A stretch of 64,000 bases of DNA. Source: Eubacteriales bacterium. GTDB taxonomy: Bacteria; Bacillota; Clostridia; Oscillospirales; SIG627. The notes beneath the pieces were generated by a model that was not told the origin of the DNA, did no database searches, and saw only the letters and a list, made by a program, of their open reading frames with translations. Of this stretch, positions 15,575 to 26,223 are shown piece after piece. The position numbers and the translations under genes are program-made. The stretch spans positions 147,889 to 211,888 of the forward strand of contig JAZSON010000012.1 of NCBI GenBank assembly GCA_045536965.1, read 5' to 3'. Position 1 is the first letter of the stretch. Each line of letters starts with the position of its first letter.

Positions 15575-17506
15575 TTATCTTACCTTATCACCGTTTTTGG
15601 CATCGGGGGAAGCAAACATGACGCGCACGTCCTCCTCGCCCGAAGCAAGAATCATGCCGCAGCTTTCCACACCGCGCAGCTTGGCGGGCTTTAAGTTGGC
15701 CACGACGACAACCTTTTTGCCGATCAGATCCTCGGGCTTATACCACTTGGCAATGCCCGACACGATCTGTCTGACCTCCAAGCCGATGTCAACCTTCAGA
15801 CAAAGCAGCTTATCGGATTTTTTCACGGGCTCACAGGAAAGCACCGTGCCCACCCGCAGATCAACGGCGGCAAAATCGTCGATGGTGATCTCGGGCGCTA
15901 TGGGTGCGATTTGAGAAGCGGCCGCTTCGCGGGCTTTTGCCTCCATGTGCGCGGTGATGCGGTCGGTCATATCCTTTTCATCCAAACGGGCAAACAGAAT
16001 TTCTCCGCTTTCCACCGTTTTGCCTGCTTCCAAAACATGAAACTGCAGGGTCTTGTCCCAATCGGCTTCAACACCCAGATAGGAAAGCACCTTTCCTGCC
16101 GCCGTGGGCATAAAGGGGGTCAACAGGGTTGCGCTGACCCGCAGGGCTTCGAGCAAATGATACAACACGGTGTTGAGGCGCACGTTCCCCTCTTCGGTCT
16201 TTGCCAAGATCCAAGGGGTCGTTTCGTCGATATACTTGTTGGCGGCAGAAAGAAGGGTAAATACCGCATCCACCGCTTCACCCGTTTTGAATTCATCCAT
16301 CAGGGAGGCATACTGCTCGGCCGTTTTTTTGCAAAGAGCAGAGAGATTTTCGTCTACAGGTTCAAGCGCGGCAGGCGCGGGAATGACACCGCCGCGGTAT
16401 TTATGGGTCATGGCAAGGGTGCGGCTGACAAGGTTGCCCCAAATATTCGCAAGCGAGGTGTTATATTTGGCGATGACGTTTTCGTAGGTGATGACACCGT
16501 CGTTGATATACGGCATTTCGGACAACAGGTAGAAGCGCACGGCATCGATGCCGAAGAAGGATACCAGCTCGTCGGCATAAATGGTGTTGCCCTTGGATTT
16601 GGACATTTTGTCCTGTCCCGCCAAAAACCAAGGATGCCCAAACACCTTTTTGGGAAGGGGCAGATCGAGCGCCATCAAAAAGATAGGCCAGTAAATCGTA
16701 TGGAAACGCACGATATCCTTGCCGATGATGTGCACGTCGCAGGGCCAATACTTTTGGAAAAGCGTGTCGTCACTCTCTCCCGTCGGGTTGTACCCGAGTG
16801 CGGTGATATAGTTGGTCAGCGCATCCAGCCAAACGTAAATGACGTGCTTGGGGTCAAAGGAAACGGGAACACCCCAGGTAAAGGTGGTGCGGGAAACACA
16901 CAGGTCGGTAAGCCCCGGCTTAAGAAAATTGTTGATCATTTCCTTTTTGCGCGCTTCGGGCATGATAAACTCGGGATTTTGCTCGATGTACTCTTCCAGC
17001 TGCTTTTGGTATTTGGTCATTTTGAAGAAATACGCTTCTTCTTTTGCCTTGCTTACCGGCGCGCCGCAATCGGGACAAACACCGTTTGTAATTTGGGAAT
17101 CGGTATAGAAGGTTTCACAAGGCGTGCAGTACCAGCCCTCATATTCGCCTTTATAAATATCGCCCTTTTCATACAGACGGTCGAAAATGGCCGAAACCGC
17201 CTTTTCATGGTAATCGTCGGTGGTGCGGATGAATTGATCGTAGGACGCACCCATCAAATCCCATACTTCTTTGACCTCGGCGGCCACACGGTCAACGTAT
17301 TCCTTGGGTGCAATACCCGCCTTTTCGGCGTATTCCTGGATTTTCACACCATGTTCATCGGTGCCGGTCAAAAAGAAAACGTCCTTGCCGCGCAGCCGCT
17401 GATAACGGGCAATGGCATCGGCAAAAACGACCTCGTAGGTGTTGCCGATATGGGGCTTGCGGGAAGTATAGGCAATCGCTGTAGTCAAATAATACTTCTC
17501 TTTCAT
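15575..17506 (-). CDS. metG: Methionine--tRNA ligase with C-terminal tRNA-binding (EMAP-like) domain
   Basis: AIAYTSRKPHIGNTYE (HIGH region), KMSKSKGN (KMSKS motif), a CPxC...CPDC zinc knuckle, and C-terminal VDLRVGTVLSCEPVKKSDKLLCLKVD. Confidence 0.95.
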   Translation of the reverse strand: MKEKYYLTTAIAYTSRKPHIGNTYEVVFADAIARYQRLRGKDVFFLTGTDEHGVKIQEYAEKAGIAPKEYVDRVAAEVKEVWDLMGASYDQFIRTTDDYHEKAVSAIFDRLYEKGDIYKGEYEGWYCTPCETFYTDSQITNGVCPDCGAPVSKAKEEAYFFKMTKYQKQLEEYIEQNPEFIMPEARKKEMINNFLKPGLTDLCVSRTTFTWGVPVSFDPKHVIYVWLDALTNYITALGYNPTGESDDTLFQKYWPCDVHIIGKDIVRFHTIYWPIFLMALDLPLPKKVFGHPWFLAGQDKMSKSKGNTIYADELVSFFGIDAVRFYLLSEMPYINDGVITYENVIAKYNTSLANIWGNLVSRTLAMTHKYRGGVIPAPAALEPVDENLSALCKKTAEQYASLMDEFKTGEAVDAVFTLLSAANKYIDETTPWILAKTEEGNVRLNTVLYHLLEALRVSATLLTPFMPTAAGKVLSYLGVEADWDKTLQFHVLEAGKTVESGEILFARLDEKDMTDRITAHMEAKAREAAASQIAPIAPEITIDDFAAVDLRVGTVLSCEPVKKSDKLLCLKVDIGLEVRQIVSGIAKWYKPEDLIGKKVVVVANLKPAKLRGVESCGMILASGEEDVRVMFASPDAKNGDKVR

Positions 17507-17531
17507 GGTATATCCTTTCTGGCTTTGGGAT

Positions 17532-18680
17532 TTATGCGCGGTAAACTACGTTGCCGCGGGAAACGGTGGAGACCAGATTATATTCACCGTCGAGAATGAC
17601 AAGATCGGCGACCTTGCCCTTTTCAATAGAACCGACTCTGTCATACAGGCCGACGTTGCGGGCAGGATTGCGGGTGGCGCAGATCACGGCATCGGCAAGA
17701 GATGCGCCTGCAAATTCCACCAGATTCTTCACACCGCGCAACAGATTGAGGGTGCTGCCCGCGAGGGTACCGGGAGCAAACCAGGCGGTGCTGTTTTCCA
17801 CCGTTACGTTTAAGTTGCCGAGCTGGTATTTCCCGTCGGGCATACCCGCGGCGCACATGGAGTCGGTGATCAAAATCAGCCGATCCACACCCTTGATACG
17901 ATAGGTCATATTGACCACATCGGGATCGATATGGACGCCATCGCAGATCAGTTCTGCGTAAGCATCGGTACCGAGTGCAGTGCCGACCACACCGGGCTCG
18001 CGGTGGTGGAGGGGACGCATGGCATTATACAAATGGGTAAAGCAACCGACACCCGCAGACAACGCTTCGCGGCATTCGGCGCCCGTTGCATCCGAGTGAC
18101 CGACGGTAAAACGAACGCCTCGCTTGACGTATGCACGGATATAGTCCATGGCACCCGACAGCTCGGGGGCAATGGTCATATACATTTTCATTTCTCCCAT
18201 TTCCGCAAGCCACGCATCTGTTTCCGCTGAGGCGGGGGGCTTTAACAATTCGATGGGATGACAACCCGGACGCTTATCGGACAAATAAGGGCCCTCGATA
18301 TGAATACCCGCAAAGTTAATGGGGTTTTCGGGCATTTTCGCCGCGGCGCTTACACGTGAAACGGCGGCGGTAATATTCTCAAAGGTATCGGTCATCAAGG
18401 TTGGGAAAAGGGTGGTAACACCGTTTTGGGCATAAAATTTTGCCATCTCCACCAGCTTTTCGGGACTGCTCGTCATGAAATCCTCTCCCGCCGCACCGTG
18501 TGAATGAATATCAACCAAGCCGGGAATCAGATAATTCCCTCCGACATCGACACACTCTTCACCCGCTTTGGCGCAAAGATTTGCACCGCAATCGGTGATC
18601 ACTCCGTTTTCTATTCTGACAGCACCGCGGTAAAAGCGGCGCATATGAGTATCCAAAACACGCGCATTCAAAAATAACAT
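17532..18680 (-). CDS. nagA: N-acetylglucosamine-6-phosphate deacetylase
   Basis: Start at MLFLNARVLD (AGGAGG 9 nt upstream). Contains LIPGLVDIHSHGAAG, HLYNAM and TDSM blocks. Confidence 0.85.
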   Translation of the reverse strand: MLFLNARVLDTHMRRFYRGAVRIENGVITDCGANLCAKAGEECVDVGGNYLIPGLVDIHSHGAAGEDFMTSSPEKLVEMAKFYAQNGVTTLFPTLMTDTFENITAAVSRVSAAAKMPENPINFAGIHIEGPYLSDKRPGCHPIELLKPPASAETDAWLAEMGEMKMYMTIAPELSGAMDYIRAYVKRGVRFTVGHSDATGAECREALSAGVGCFTHLYNAMRPLHHREPGVVGTALGTDAYAELICDGVHIDPDVVNMTYRIKGVDRLILITDSMCAAGMPDGKYQLGNLNVTVENSTAWFAPGTLAGSTLNLLRGVKNLVEFAGASLADAVICATRNPARNVGLYDRVGSIEKGKVADLVILDGEYNLVSTVSRGNVVYRA

Positions 18681-18828
18681 AGTTCCATACCTCCTAAATT
18701 TCATATATATTCTAAGTATATGCAAACGTTATTTTGCACATTATACACCATTTCACCCCGTCTTTCAAGAACTTTTCTTCGGAAAATGTCAAAACTCTTT
18801 CTTAAATACATATTTTTTTCGTTTCGGC

Positions 18829-18857
18829 TTGAAATCGCGGGTGAAATTTGTTATACT
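18829..18857 (+). promoter_or_regulatory. Candidate sigma-A promoter of the aconitase gene
   Basis: TTGAAA, 17 nt, then TGtTATACT (extended -10), about 35 nt upstream of the ATG. Confidence 0.55.
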
Positions 18858-18890
18858 GTAGAGTAGATTAACAAAATCAAGGAGTATAAT

Positions 18891-21164
18891 ATGGATATTA
18901 AACTGATCAACACTCCCGTTTATTTTGACAAAAACGGCACTCTCGTGCCGACCGATGCACCCGAAGCCGCCGCTTTGGTGCAAAAATACGGACAGACCGC
19001 CGCGGATAAGGCGGCAGACGGCAGTATTGCCGCAGGCATTTTGGCAGCCCACAACCAAGGCGACGCCGATGCCCTCCGCATCAAGTTCGACGCACTTGCT
19101 TCCCACGATATTACCTATGTCGGTATCATCCAAACGGCACGCGCCAGCGGATTGAAATCTTTTCCCATTCCTTACGTTCTGACCAACTGCCACAACTCGC
19201 TTTGCGCAGTGGGCGGAACGATCAACGAGGATGACCATTTGTTCGGCCTTTCGGCCGCCCAGAAATACGGCGGTATTTATGTACCCGCACACATTGCAGT
19301 CATTCACCAATATATGCGTGAATGCATGAGCCGCTGCGGCAGCATGATCCTCGGTTCAGACAGCCACACCCGCTACGGCGCCCTCGGCACCATGGCCGTC
19401 GGTGAAGGCGGTCCCGAATTGGTAAAACAGTTGTTAAACCGCACCTATGACATCCCCCGTCCCGACATTGTTTGCGTTCGTTTGAGCGGCAAACCTGCCC
19501 ATGGCGTCGGCCCGCAGGACGTTGCGTTGGCCATTATTGGCGCTGTCTTTAAAAACGGTTTTGTCAAAAACAGTGTTATGGAATTTGTTGGCGAAGGTAT
19601 TGCCAACCTTCCCATGGAATTCCGTATCGGCATCGATGTCATGACCACCGAAACCACCTGCCTGTCCTCCATCTGGGCAACCGACGATCAGACCAAGCGC
19701 TACTTTGACACGGTGGGCAGACCCGAGGATTTTGCATATCTTGCACCCGCGCCGCTTGCCCGCTACGACCGCGCCATCGATGTAGATCTTTCGAAGATCC
19801 GTCCAATGATCGCACTGCCTTTCCATCCCAGCAACGTATATCCCGTGGCCCAACTGAAAGAAAACGCCGCCGATATTTTGCGCGAAGCCGAAAAGGCGGT
19901 AGCCGAAGCGCTGGATAACAAGAATCTTTCTCTCGGATTGACCGATAAAATCGTGGACGGCCAAATCCGTGTCGATCAAGGCGTAATCGCCGGATGTGCC
20001 GGCGGCACCTACGACAACCTTGCCCTCACCGCCAATATTTTGCGTGGCGGCAGTGTCGGAAACGGCGCCTTTGCCCTTTCTCTTTACCCCGCCAGCCAAC
20101 CCGTTTACATGGCACTCGCCGCAAGCGGCGCTGTCGGAGAACTGATGGCGGCAGGCGCAACCCTCCGCACCGCATTCTGCGGCCCCTGCTTCGGCGCAGG
20201 TGATGTACCCGCCAACGGATGTTTAAGCATCCGCCACTCTACCCGCAACTTCCCCAACCGCGAGGGAAGCAAGCCCGGCGCCGGACAGCTTTCTGCCGTG
20301 GCACTCATGGATGCTCGCTCCATCGCCGCAACAGCATTAAACGGCGGTATTCTCACCGGTGCAGACGAAATCGATTACAGCGATGAAATCCCCGCCTATG
20401 AATTTGACGGACGCGCCTATCAGAGCCGCATTTACAACGGTTTTGGCAAGGCCGACGACTCGCTTCCCCTGCGTTTCGGCCCCAACATTGCCGACTGGCC
20501 CGAAATGGGCGGCATGACCGAGGATATGCTCTTCAGGGTCGACTGCGCCATTCAAGACGAAGTTACAACCACCGATGAGTTGATCCCCTCGGGTGAAACC
20601 TCCTCCTACCGCTCCAATCCCGAAAAACTGGCCGAATTCACACTTTCCCGCAAAGATCCCGAATATGTTGCTCGCGCAAAAGAAATGGGCAGAATTGAAT
20701 CCACTCGCAGAAAAGATGGAAAATTGCCCGATGAATTGAAGGACATTTATCCCATCGTCGCAACCATAAAACCCGACTTTTCTCCCCTCGAAACGGCCCA
20801 CGGCAGTTTGGTTTTTGCCAAAAAACCCGGCGACGGCTCGGCCCGCGAACAGGCAGCTTCCTGCCAGCGCGTACTGGGAGGAAGAGCCAACCTTGCTTTG
20901 GCATACGCCACCAAGCGTTATCGCAGCAACCTCATCAACTGGGGTATGCTTCCCTTTATCACCGAAACCAATGACTTTTGCATCGGAGATTATCTCTTCG
21001 TTCCCGGCACCCGCGCCGCACTCGAATCAGACAGCGAAACACTCACCGGTTACCGCATCCGCGGCGGCGTGGTGACCCCGCTGAAGCTGTCGCTGGGAAA
21101 TCTGACCCGCGATGAAAGAGACATTCTTCTTTCGGGCTGCTTGATCAACTACTACAATCGCTAA
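18891..21164 (+). CDS. Aconitate hydratase (aconitase family)
   Basis: 757 aa with aconitase family blocks ([23 protein letters not shown], and swivel domain [10 protein letters not shown]). Confidence 0.8.
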   Translation: MDIKLINTPVYFDKNGTLVPTDAPEAAALVQKYGQTAADKAADGSIAAGILAAHNQGDADALRIKFDALASHDITYVGIIQTARASGLKSFPIPYVLTNCHNSLCAVGGTINEDDHLFGLSAAQKYGGIYVPAHIAVIHQYMRECMSRCGSMILGSDSHTRYGALGTMAVGEGGPELVKQLLNRTYDIPRPDIVCVRLSGKPAHGVGPQDVALAIIGAVFKNGFVKNSVMEFVGEGIANLPMEFRIGIDVMTTETTCLSSIWATDDQTKRYFDTVGRPEDFAYLAPAPLARYDRAIDVDLSKIRPMIALPFHPSNVYPVAQLKENAADILREAEKAVAEALDNKNLSLGLTDKIVDGQIRVDQGVIAGCAGGTYDNLALTANILRGGSVGNGAFALSLYPASQPVYMALAASGAVGELMAAGATLRTAFCGPCFGAGDVPANGCLSIRHSTRNFPNREGSKPGAGQLSAVALMDARSIAATALNGGILTGADEIDYSDEIPAYEFDGRAYQSRIYNGFGKADDSLPLRFGPNIADWPEMGGMTEDMLFRVDCAIQDEVTTTDELIPSGETSSYRSNPEKLAEFTLSRKDPEYVARAKEMGRIESTRRKDGKLPDELKDIYPIVATIKPDFSPLETAHGSLVFAKKPGDGSAREQAASCQRVLGGRANLALAYATKRYRSNLINWGMLPFITETNDFCIGDYLFVPGTRAALESDSETLTGYRIRGGVVTPLKLSLGNLTRDERDILLSGCLINYYNR

Positions 21165-21186
21165 CGAAAAAATCGGAGGTGACGCT

Positions 21187-22095
21187 TTGGAGCCACTGTC
21201 CTACTGTGCCGCGGTAAGAAGCTATCTGTGCCACCGCACCTTAGAAGAAAGCGGCTACAATCTGTCCAAAAAGAAAAAAGCGGTGCTGACAAACGTTGGC
21301 TGTCGCGCTTTTTTGGCTGGCGTTGCCGACTGCATAGGGCATTTCACCGCCGAGAAAACAACGCTCGTCTCCGACCATCTTGAGCTGATGGAGCTTTGCT
21401 CCTTTCTGTTGATTCGTTATCTGGATGCACAGGTTTCGGTCACGGCACGCGAAAAAGAAAAGAATGCCGATTATACGTTGACCTTACCCGCCGACTGTCC
21501 GATCGCCCTTTCGGACGAAACGGCAACCGAGGAGGGTCTGCCGTATTATTTGCGCGGCGTGTTTTTATCCAACGGCTACGTAGTTGACCCCGCGTCCGAG
21601 TATCATCTTGAAATCAAAACGAACCGCCTCGCCTTTTCGGAAAAGTTGCTTTCTCTTGCCACAAGCGCCGACATCAAATTCAAAACCTCCACCCGACGCG
21701 GAAACCATCTGCTTTATATCAGAGACAGCGAGGGGGTTGCCGATTTCCTCACCCTCATCGGCGCGGAAAAGTATGCGATGCAGTTGATGGACCAAAAGAT
21801 TTTCAAGGAGATCAGCAATCATACCAATCGCATCAACAACTATGACCAGGCAAATCTGTCCCGCGTGATCGGAAGCGCCCAAACCGTAGTGGAAGCCATC
21901 CGCATCTTAAAGGAGGCGGGAAAACTTTCCGCCCTTCCCGATGAATTGTCAGAAGCCGCCGCTTTACGCGAAACATATCCCGACATGCCGCTGGGACAAC
22001 TGTGCGCCCTCGCACATCCTCCTATTTCAAAATCGGGTATGCACCACCGTCTGAAAAAGCTCGTCGAGCTTGCAAAGGAGACCGACAAAAAATGA
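21187..22095 (+). CDS. whiA: DNA-binding sporulation/cell-division regulator WhiA
   Basis: LAGLIDADG-like middle domain plus C-terminal HTH (ETYPDMPLGQLCALAHPPISKSGMHHRLKKLVELA). TTG start. Confidence 0.85.
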   Translation: MEPLSYCAAVRSYLCHRTLEESGYNLSKKKKAVLTNVGCRAFLAGVADCIGHFTAEKTTLVSDHLELMELCSFLLIRYLDAQVSVTAREKEKNADYTLTLPADCPIALSDETATEEGLPYYLRGVFLSNGYVVDPASEYHLEIKTNRLAFSEKLLSLATSADIKFKTSTRRGNHLLYIRDSEGVADFLTLIGAEKYAMQLMDQKIFKEISNHTNRINNYDQANLSRVIGSAQTVVEAIRILKEAGKLSALPDELSEAAALRETYPDMPLGQLCALAHPPISKSGMHHRLKKLVELAKETDKK

Positions 22096-22670
22096 AAACA
22101 GGTTCATTTTATGCCCTTCTTTTCCGCATGGGTTATATTCAACGTTGGGGTTTGATGGATTGCGACCGCAAAGAGACTTTAGCCGAGCACACCATGCAGG
22201 TTGCAGTGCTTACCCACGCCTTGGCAGTCATCGGCGTCACTCGTTTCGGCCGCACCTATTCCCCCGAACGTCTTGCCGCCGCCGCGCTTTATCACGATAT
22301 GTCGGAAATCTACACGGGCGATCTGCCCACTCCCGTGAAATACTATAATCCCGAAATCACCAAAGCATATAAAGAATTGGAAAGAACGGCCAACGAAAAA
22401 TTACTCTCCATGCAGGATGAAAAAACAAGAGCCTACTTTACAGAACTTCTGAAATTGACCGACGAAGAAAATCGGATCTTAAAAACGGCCGACAAGCTGA
22501 CCGCCTATTTGAAATGTCAAAAAGAACTGTCGTATAACAACCGCGACTTTGCCGCCGCCGCAAACGCCACAAAAAAAGCATTGGATGCGGACGATTTCCC
22601 CGAATTGCGGGTCTTTATGGACGAGTATTTCCCCGCGTTTTTGCAAAATCTTGATGAAATTGTATTATAA
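22092..22670 (+). CDS. HD-domain 5'-deoxynucleotidase (YfbR-like)
   Basis: Start at MKTGSF, overlapping the whiA stop (ATGA). Contains RWGLM..ETLAEHTMQVAVLTHALA and YHDMSEIYTGDLPTPVKY. Confidence 0.75.
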   Translation: MKTGSFYALLFRMGYIQRWGLMDCDRKETLAEHTMQVAVLTHALAVIGVTRFGRTYSPERLAAAALYHDMSEIYTGDLPTPVKYYNPEITKAYKELERTANEKLLSMQDEKTRAYFTELLKLTDEENRILKTADKLTAYLKCQKELSYNNRDFAAAANATKKALDADDFPELRVFMDEYFPAFLQNLDEIVL

Positions 22671-22681
22671 AGGAGTTATCT

Positions 22682-23341
22682 ATGACTAAGCCCGCCCTTG
22701 TCATTTTCGATCTTGACGGAACATTGATGAATACTCTCGGCGACATCACAAAATGTGTCAACGAAACACTTGCCGCCTACGGCTACCCCACCCATCCGAG
22801 CGCACAACCTTTTATAAACAACGGCGCGCGCCGCTTGATTGCCGATGCTTTGCCCGAACATGCGCGAGATGACGAAACCGTTGATAAAGTCCTCTCCGAT
22901 TACCGCAAAGCATATTCTGCCACCACCCATTCGCTGACATTCCCGTACGACGGGGTTGTGGATGTGTTGAAGGCTTTGAAAAAAGAGGGAATTAAAACCG
23001 CCCTTTTCTCCAATAAAGATACCCCCAACTGCCTTTTTTTGGTCAACCGCGATTTCCCCGAACTTCTCGATTGCGTCGTAGGCGTGGAAACGGGTATCCC
23101 TCCGAAACCCGATCTTTCTGGCATTGCCAAAATTTTCAAAGAAACCGGATGTAACGCCGAAAACACCATCTATGTCGGCGATTCCAATGTAGACGTACTC
23201 ACTGCCAAAAATGCAAACCTCCCCATGTTCGGTGTTAGCTGGGGCTTTTCGGGCAACAAACCCTTTATCGGTCAAAGCCATGTTCACCAGGTAGATACGG
23301 CGGCCGAACTTCTTTCGTGCATTTTGCAAGGATGCAAATAA
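22682..23341 (+). CDS. HAD-superfamily phosphatase (phosphoglycolate phosphatase-like)
   Basis: VIFDLDGTLMNT (motif I), SNK (motif II), VGDSNVDVLTAKNA (motif IV). Confidence 0.75.
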   Translation: MTKPALVIFDLDGTLMNTLGDITKCVNETLAAYGYPTHPSAQPFINNGARRLIADALPEHARDDETVDKVLSDYRKAYSATTHSLTFPYDGVVDVLKALKKEGIKTALFSNKDTPNCLFLVNRDFPELLDCVVGVETGIPPKPDLSGIAKIFKETGCNAENTIYVGDSNVDVLTAKNANLPMFGVSWGFSGNKPFIGQSHVHQVDTAAELLSCILQGCK

Positions 23342-23376
23342 ACATATGTAAAAATTTTTTAAGGAAGGTGTTTTAA

Positions 23377-24234
23377 ATGCAATTACCGTTCAAAATCGAC
23401 TTATCCGGAAAAGCCATCGCCATCACGGGCGGCGGCGGTGTTCTCTGCTCCGGCTTTGCCAAGGCTTTGGCTGCTTGCGGCGCAAAAATCGCCATCATGG
23501 ATCTTCGTAAAGAAGCTGCTCAAGTGACTGCCGATGAAATCAATGCCAACGGCGGTGTCGCCATTGCTGTTGCCGCAAACGTGTTGGAAAAAGAAAGCCT
23601 TTTGGCTGCAAAAGCCGAAATCGACGCTGCTTTCGGCGGCATCGACATCCTCATCAATGGTGCCGGCGGCAACCATCCGAAGGGAAGCACCACGAAAGAA
23701 TACTTCTTCCCCGAAGATAAAACCTCTGTTGCCAGCGATGTAATGACCTTCTTCGATCTGGATCCCGCAGGTGTGCAGTTTGTGTTCAACCTCAACTTCC
23801 TCGGCACTTTGCTTCCCACCCAAGTATTTGCCCGCGACATGATGGACAGACCCAATCCGCTCATCCTGAATGTCTCTTCCATGAATGCTTTCCGCCCCTT
23901 GACCAAGATCCCCGCATACTCGGCAGCAAAATCCGCTATTTCCAACTTCACCCAATGGCTCGCCGTTCACTTCTCCAAAGTGGGCATCCGCGTTAACGCC
24001 ATCGCTCCCGGATTCTTTGTCACCGATCAAAACCGCGCGCTTCTCTTTGACAGCAAAGGAAAACCCACCGCCCGCACCGAAAAGATCTTGGCTCATACCC
24101 CCCTCGGACGTTTCGGCGAACAGGAAGATCTGATCGGTACCCTGCTGTGGCTGTGCGATGCTAACGCTTCCGGTTTCGTAACCGGTACCGTTATCCCCGT
24201 CGATGGCGGTTTTGCCGCTTATTCCGGCGTCTGA
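23377..24234 (+). CDS. SDR family oxidoreductase
   Basis: ITGGGGVLCSGFAKALA Rossmann motif, catalytic YSAAK, and NAIAPGFF. Confidence 0.7.
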   Translation: MQLPFKIDLSGKAIAITGGGGVLCSGFAKALAACGAKIAIMDLRKEAAQVTADEINANGGVAIAVAANVLEKESLLAAKAEIDAAFGGIDILINGAGGNHPKGSTTKEYFFPEDKTSVASDVMTFFDLDPAGVQFVFNLNFLGTLLPTQVFARDMMDRPNPLILNVSSMNAFRPLTKIPAYSAAKSAISNFTQWLAVHFSKVGIRVNAIAPGFFVTDQNRALLFDSKGKPTARTEKILAHTPLGRFGEQEDLIGTLLWLCDANASGFVTGTVIPVDGGFAAYSGV

Positions 24235-24253
24235 TTGTCATTTTGTCTTTACG

Positions 24254-24290
24254 AAAACAGCGAAAGAGCTTTCTTTCGCTGTTTTCTTAT
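24254..24290 (+). terminator. Rho-independent terminator
   Basis: aaaACAGCGAAAGagctttCTTTCGCTGTtttctt. Confidence 0.7.
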
Positions 24291-24318
24291 TGTAATTTCG
24301 CAAAATTTGCAGTATAAT
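24290..24318 (+). promoter_or_regulatory. Candidate sigma-A promoter for the 24353..28291 operon
   Basis: TTGTAA, 17 nt, then TATAAT. Confidence 0.5.
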
Positions 24319-24352
24319 AAGATGGAACATACTGAAAGGTAACGGGCAAACA

Positions 24353-25069
24353 ATGGAAAAGGGATCATTTTCGCCGAAAACCAAGAAAATCATCAAAATT
24401 TGTCTGCTTGTTTTTTTACTGCTTTTTACCTTTGTTCTCTATTGGTTTGTCGGCCGCCCCATGATCGATTTTGTATCGCAACCAAATAAATTCCGTGATT
24501 TCATTGCCCAGTATGGTCTTTGGGGCCGAGCGGCCTTTGTCATCATGGTTATTTTTCAGGTAGTCATTGCCATCATTCCCGGCGAACCGTTTGAGCTTGG
24601 CGCAGGGTACGCCTTTGGTTTTCTGGAAGGCACCTTTTTAATGACCCTCGGCATCGTCCTTGGCAGCGCGATTATTTTCGCCCTCGTCAAACGTTTCGGT
24701 GTTGCGGTGCTTGAAATTTTCTTTTCGGCCGAAAAAATAAAAAGCATTGCTTTTTTAAAACAAACCAACCGATTATTTTTTATTGCTTTTTTTGTGTTTC
24801 TGATCCCGGCCACACCCAAAGATTTGCTTTCTTACGGTGTCGGATTAACAAAAATCGATTTTTGGAAATGGATGTTCCTCGCCGGTGTGGCGCGGCTTCC
24901 CTCTATTGTCACCTCGGTCTATTGCGGCAAAGCCATTCAAGAGGGCGAGTGGCTCAAGGCGGTCATTTGTTTTGGAACTACGGGTATTTTTTCGATCTTT
25001 TCTCTTTTGATCTATCGGCGCATCAGCGCAAAAAAAGAGCGTGCGCTGAATAAGAAACCCAACAAATAG
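24353..25069 (+). CDS. TVP38/TMEM64 (DedA-related) family membrane protein
   Basis: Multi-TM protein with VIAIIPGEPFELGAGYAFG, typical of the SNARE-associated/TVP38 family. Confidence 0.7.
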   Translation: MEKGSFSPKTKKIIKICLLVFLLLFTFVLYWFVGRPMIDFVSQPNKFRDFIAQYGLWGRAAFVIMVIFQVVIAIIPGEPFELGAGYAFGFLEGTFLMTLGIVLGSAIIFALVKRFGVAVLEIFFSAEKIKSIAFLKQTNRLFFIAFFVFLIPATPKDLLSYGVGLTKIDFWKWMFLAGVARLPSIVTSVYCGKAIQEGEWLKAVICFGTTGIFSIFSLLIYRRISAKKERALNKKPNK

Positions 25070-25095
25070 ACTTTCATCAGAAAGGAAGGTCATAT

Positions 25096-26223
25096 ATGCT
25101 CAAATTCATTTTCCCCGAAAACGGCACTTGTGTGCATAAATACGATGGCTCAGAACAAAACAGCGGCATCACGGTTGCCGTCAAGATGCAGAGCGACCAA
25201 GATGCTTTCATCACCATAAACAACCAAAACGCCCGCTATGAAAACGGTTTTTTCGTTGCCGATGTTTTCTTTGACGGCTATCGCAACACAATCCATGCAA
25301 AAAATGAAAAAACAGGAGAAGAAAAAAGCATTGTCGTATATTATCTGCCGAACGCTTCGGACAAATACCGCATTTCGGTGGACGATAACATTCTGTTTTT
25401 ACAAGATCTGACCAAAAATCAAGAAAAGTACACCTCCATCTTTGACAACTCCTATTTGGCGATATACAAAAAGGCCCACGATACCTACGGCACCAAAGTG
25501 CATATCAATCTGTTTTATGCATACAACGAGGATGCCATGGCATATTTTAAGGAGCACAAGGAATATTTCGACCTTTCCATGATGACCGATCGGTACAAAA
25601 CGGAATTTGAGCAAAATGCCGATTGGCTTCGATTTTCCATTCATAGCCATGCCGAATTTCCGCCGCGCCCCTACGCTTTTGCTTCCCGCGAAACCATCGA
25701 TGCCGATATTCGCAAAATCCACCGCGAAATTCGGCGGTTTGCAGGCGATGCTTGTCTGTCCAACGTCTGTACCACCCATTTCGGCTCGGGCAACCGCGAA
25801 GTCGTGCGGGTGCTCCGTTCCCACGGCTACCGCGCACTGACGGGGTATTTTACCCTGGACGGCAAGGGCGATCCGCTGGTAGCATATTATTATACCCCCG
25901 AAGAAATCGCCCATGTGGAGCATCGCGATTTTTGGCGCGACGAGGAACAGGACGTCACTTTCGGCAGAATCGACACCGTGTTAAACACCCTCAACCCCGA
26001 TAACCTTATTTCCACACTGGAGGCCATCAAGGCCGATAACGGCCGCCGCGGTTTCCTGTCCATGTTAATTCACGAACAGTATTTTTATACCGATTACCGC
26101 AACCATTTGCCTTACTTTGAAGATCTGATCATGAACGCCTGCCGCTTTGCCCATGAAAACGGCTATGCACCCTCGTTTATCGGTGAAGCCTGCTTGGAAG
26201 AATTTATAGGGAGAAAATTATGA
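25096..26223 (+). CDS. Hypothetical protein, tandem paralog 1 (possible polysaccharide-deacetylase-like fold; low certainty)
   Basis: Clearly homologous to the next ORF (shared blocks VYYL, DNxxFLQDLT, YLAxxxxAHxxxGTKVxxNLFY, DLSMxTDxYKxEF, DWL, HFGS, RDxW, HEQY). Family not recognised with confidence. Confidence 0.45.
   Translation: MLKFIFPENGTCVHKYDGSEQNSGITVAVKMQSDQDAFITINNQNARYENGFFVADVFFDGYRNTIHAKNEKTGEEKSIVVYYLPNASDKYRISVDDNILFLQDLTKNQEKYTSIFDNSYLAIYKKAHDTYGTKVHINLFYAYNEDAMAYFKEHKEYFDLSMMTDRYKTEFEQNADWLRFSIHSHAEFPPRPYAFASRETIDADIRKIHREIRRFAGDACLSNVCTTHFGSGNREVVRVLRSHGYRALTGYFTLDGKGDPLVAYYYTPEEIAHVEHRDFWRDEEQDVTFGRIDTVLNTLNPDNLISTLEAIKADNGRRGFLSMLIHEQYFYTDYRNHLPYFEDLIMNACRFAHENGYAPSFIGEACLEEFIGRKL

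Noticed and set aside
14099-15621. ORFs 14099..14512 (minus strand) and 14602..15621 (plus strand).
   Set aside because: The first runs antisense through paralog B and the terminator. The second is antisense to tatD. Both are Arg/Gly-rich shadow frames.
17507-17531. Expected T-box or other leader upstream of metG.
   Set aside because: Only 25 nt separate metG from nagA, leaving no room for a T-box. The genes appear co-transcribed.
15911-17599. 562-aa ORF on the plus strand.
   Set aside because: It is entirely antisense to metG, which has unmistakable HIGH/KMSKS motifs. Its composition is low-complexity and Arg/Gly-rich, typical of a shadow ORF, and it has no RBS.
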